Positions 13,415 to 14,469 of a DNA stretch of 14,469 nucleotides are shown in pieces (position 1 is the stretch's first letter; every line of letters begins with the position of its first letter). Below the pieces are notes generated by a model, which saw only the letters and a program-made list of their open reading frames with translations, had not been told where the DNA came from and did no database searches. The stretch covers positions 1-14,469 of the forward strand of contig DASVCZ010000075.1 of NCBI GenBank assembly GCA_036381335.1, in the 5' to 3' direction. This stretch comes from Patescibacteria group bacterium (GTDB taxonomy: Bacteria > Patescibacteriota > Microgenomatia > UBA1400 > PJMF01). Position numbers and translations under genes: made by a program.

Positions 13415-14095
13415 ATGGATAACTCTGGAGAGCGAAGTCAGGCTGCAGCCAAAATAATCCACTACCGAACAGAACTGCATCCCTACCAGGATGTGCCTCG
13501 CGTAGAAGAAAACAGAGATGGGCAAACATATCTCAAGGTTTTCCACGGTTTGCAGCACTTTCTAAAAGAAGCTATTGCTTTGCAACCAGAAAAACCGCTA
13601 GTTATTGATGTGGGAACGGGGCAAGGGAAAGGAATTAGTCAGGTTCTAGACATGCTTGGTTTGACCGATAAGGTGACTTTAATTGGCACCAGTTTGCGAT
13701 ATAACGAAACGTTGATGAAGCAATTGGCCAACGTACGCTTGACGGGAGTTGAAACTTTGCGCGGTATACAAGACAGTTCAGTCGCCGCTATGCTCGGTTT
13801 AAACTCAGTAGCTCACTCGGGTAGTTTAACATTGGCTGCCAGAAGTATTGATCGCGTCTTAAAACCAGGTGGGTTATTCAAAATGACTTTTGTTAAGGAG
13901 TTTAGTGATTTTGTGGATTACCTAAAAAGTATGGGCTATGATCTTCAGGAAGTAGCAGATACTAATACTCGCTTAACAATCCTACTTGGTCGGAAACCTT
14001 TTCCGGAGAAGAAAATGAAGTCAGCTCGAGTTCTTTTTTTGAAAGATCATGACTCAATGTACAAGCAGCTGGCGATGGGGCTAGATAAGAAATAA
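13415..14095 (+). CDS. Class I SAM-dependent methyltransferase-like protein (putative)
   Basis: Track start 13379 is TTG inside the terminator. First ATG 13415 (MDNSGERS). Motif I-like LVIDVGTGQGKG and post-motif ARSIDRVLKPGGLF. Stop TAA 14093-14095. Confidence 0.5.
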   Translation: MDNSGERSQAAAKIIHYRTELHPYQDVPRVEENRDGQTYLKVFHGLQHFLKEAIALQPEKPLVIDVGTGQGKGISQVLDMLGLTDKVTLIGTSLRYNETLMKQLANVRLTGVETLRGIQDSSVAAMLGLNSVAHSGSLTLAARSIDRVLKPGGLFKMTFVKEFSDFVDYLKSMGYDLQEVADTNTRLTILLGRKPFPEKKMKSARVLFLKDHDSMYKQLAMGLDKK

Positions 14096-14097
14096 CC

Positions 14098-14469
14098 TTA
14101 ATTGCTAAAAGTTACTACCCCGTAATTCATCGGCACCCCGGCGCCCTCTTTTCGATAACTATAAAATTTATCGTTATTATGGGCGGTACAGTCAGAAGCG
14201 AAGTTCAGCCGTAAGTTACTTTTTTCAAACACGTTGTACATTTGGTTGAGATTTTGACGGAGCAAGTTGTAGTGCTCATTGGTTTCTCGATTAATTTGAT
14301 AACATTGCTCACAAATATGGGGTCCAAGCCAGACGTGCAGCGGGCCTTCGGTGGAAGGCAATTGCTTAAGGGTTTTTTCGGTGATGCCTAATTCGGTGCC
14401 TTTGCGGCCGGCGTGAATGACGCCGATGGTGCCGGAAGGCTCATGGTAGAGCAAGAGCGGCACGCAATC
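14098..14469 (-). CDS. pgeF: PgeF/YfiH-family (DUF152, purine-nucleoside phosphorylase / peptidoglycan editing factor) protein; N-terminus outside the window
   Basis: VIHAGRKGTELGI (HAGWRG motif), LGPHICEQCYQI (GPxIxxCCYEV), C-terminal DCTAHNNDKFYSYRKEGAGVPMNYGVVTF (FFSYRRDG...). Frame remains open to the window edge. Stop TAA 14100-14098, only 2 nt from the convergent methyltransferase stop. Confidence 0.7.
   Translation of the reverse strand, partial: DCVPLLLYHEPSGTIGVIHAGRKGTELGITEKTLKQLPSTEGPLHVWLGPHICEQCYQINRETNEHYNLLRQNLNQMYNVFEKSNLRLNFASDCTAHNNDKFYSYRKEGAGVPMNYGVVTFSN

Noticed and set aside
13346-13558. Minus-strand 70-aa ORF across the groEL terminator
   Set aside because: Spans the terminator hairpin and the methyltransferase start. 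No support.
1-14469. CRISPR arrays, IS elements, integrases, phage genes, defence-system hallmarks (nucleases, helicases, Toprim, Cas-like)
   Set aside because: None seen. All sizeable ORFs are accounted for by housekeeping or membrane functions, or are small orphans. The only repeat is a 2x9-bp tandem.

Overview
The window looks like a chromosomal housekeeping region of a small-genome, deep-branching bacterium. It is gene-dense, about 45% GC by eye, with divergent GroEL and YidC sequences and a DUF5667-like membrane protein. Several genes appear leaderless, with TATAAT 10-13 nt upstream of the ATG. Patescibacteria/CPR-like is a guess, not a test.

Gene order: a 5'-truncated cytidylate-kinase-like gene, a CPBP/Abi-type membrane protease-like gene, and a membrane-anchored helical protein. 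Next comes an nrdR, monomeric class II (L. leichmannii RTPR-like, B12-dependent) ribonucleotide reductase and PP2C phosphatase operon. A convergent pair of hypotheticals follows. On the minus strand sits a t6A tRNA-modification cluster: a single ORF fusing TsaC (YrdC) to TsaE, then a small XRE-family HTH regulator whose stop overlaps the tsaD start by 14 nt. On the plus strand come a leaderless acidic hypothetical, yidC and an SPFH protein (operon), then groES-groEL with a clean intrinsic terminator, a class I methyltransferase-like gene, and a 5'-truncated pgeF/yfiH on the minus strand.

No tRNA, rRNA, CRISPR or mobile elements were seen.

The most unusual items are:
- the TsaC-TsaE fusion;
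- the dedicated HTH regulator embedded in the t6A operon, with twin perfect palindromic operators (TGTTGCTT-N2-AAGCAACA) 40 bp apart;
- the tight coupling of a PP2C phosphatase, carrying large insertions, to the NrdR-controlled RTPR-like reductase;
- a 22-bp perfect palindrome (candidate NrdR box) in front of nrdR.

The ORF track uses TTG/GTG starts shown as M. Several starts were re-assigned to internal ATGs for that reason.
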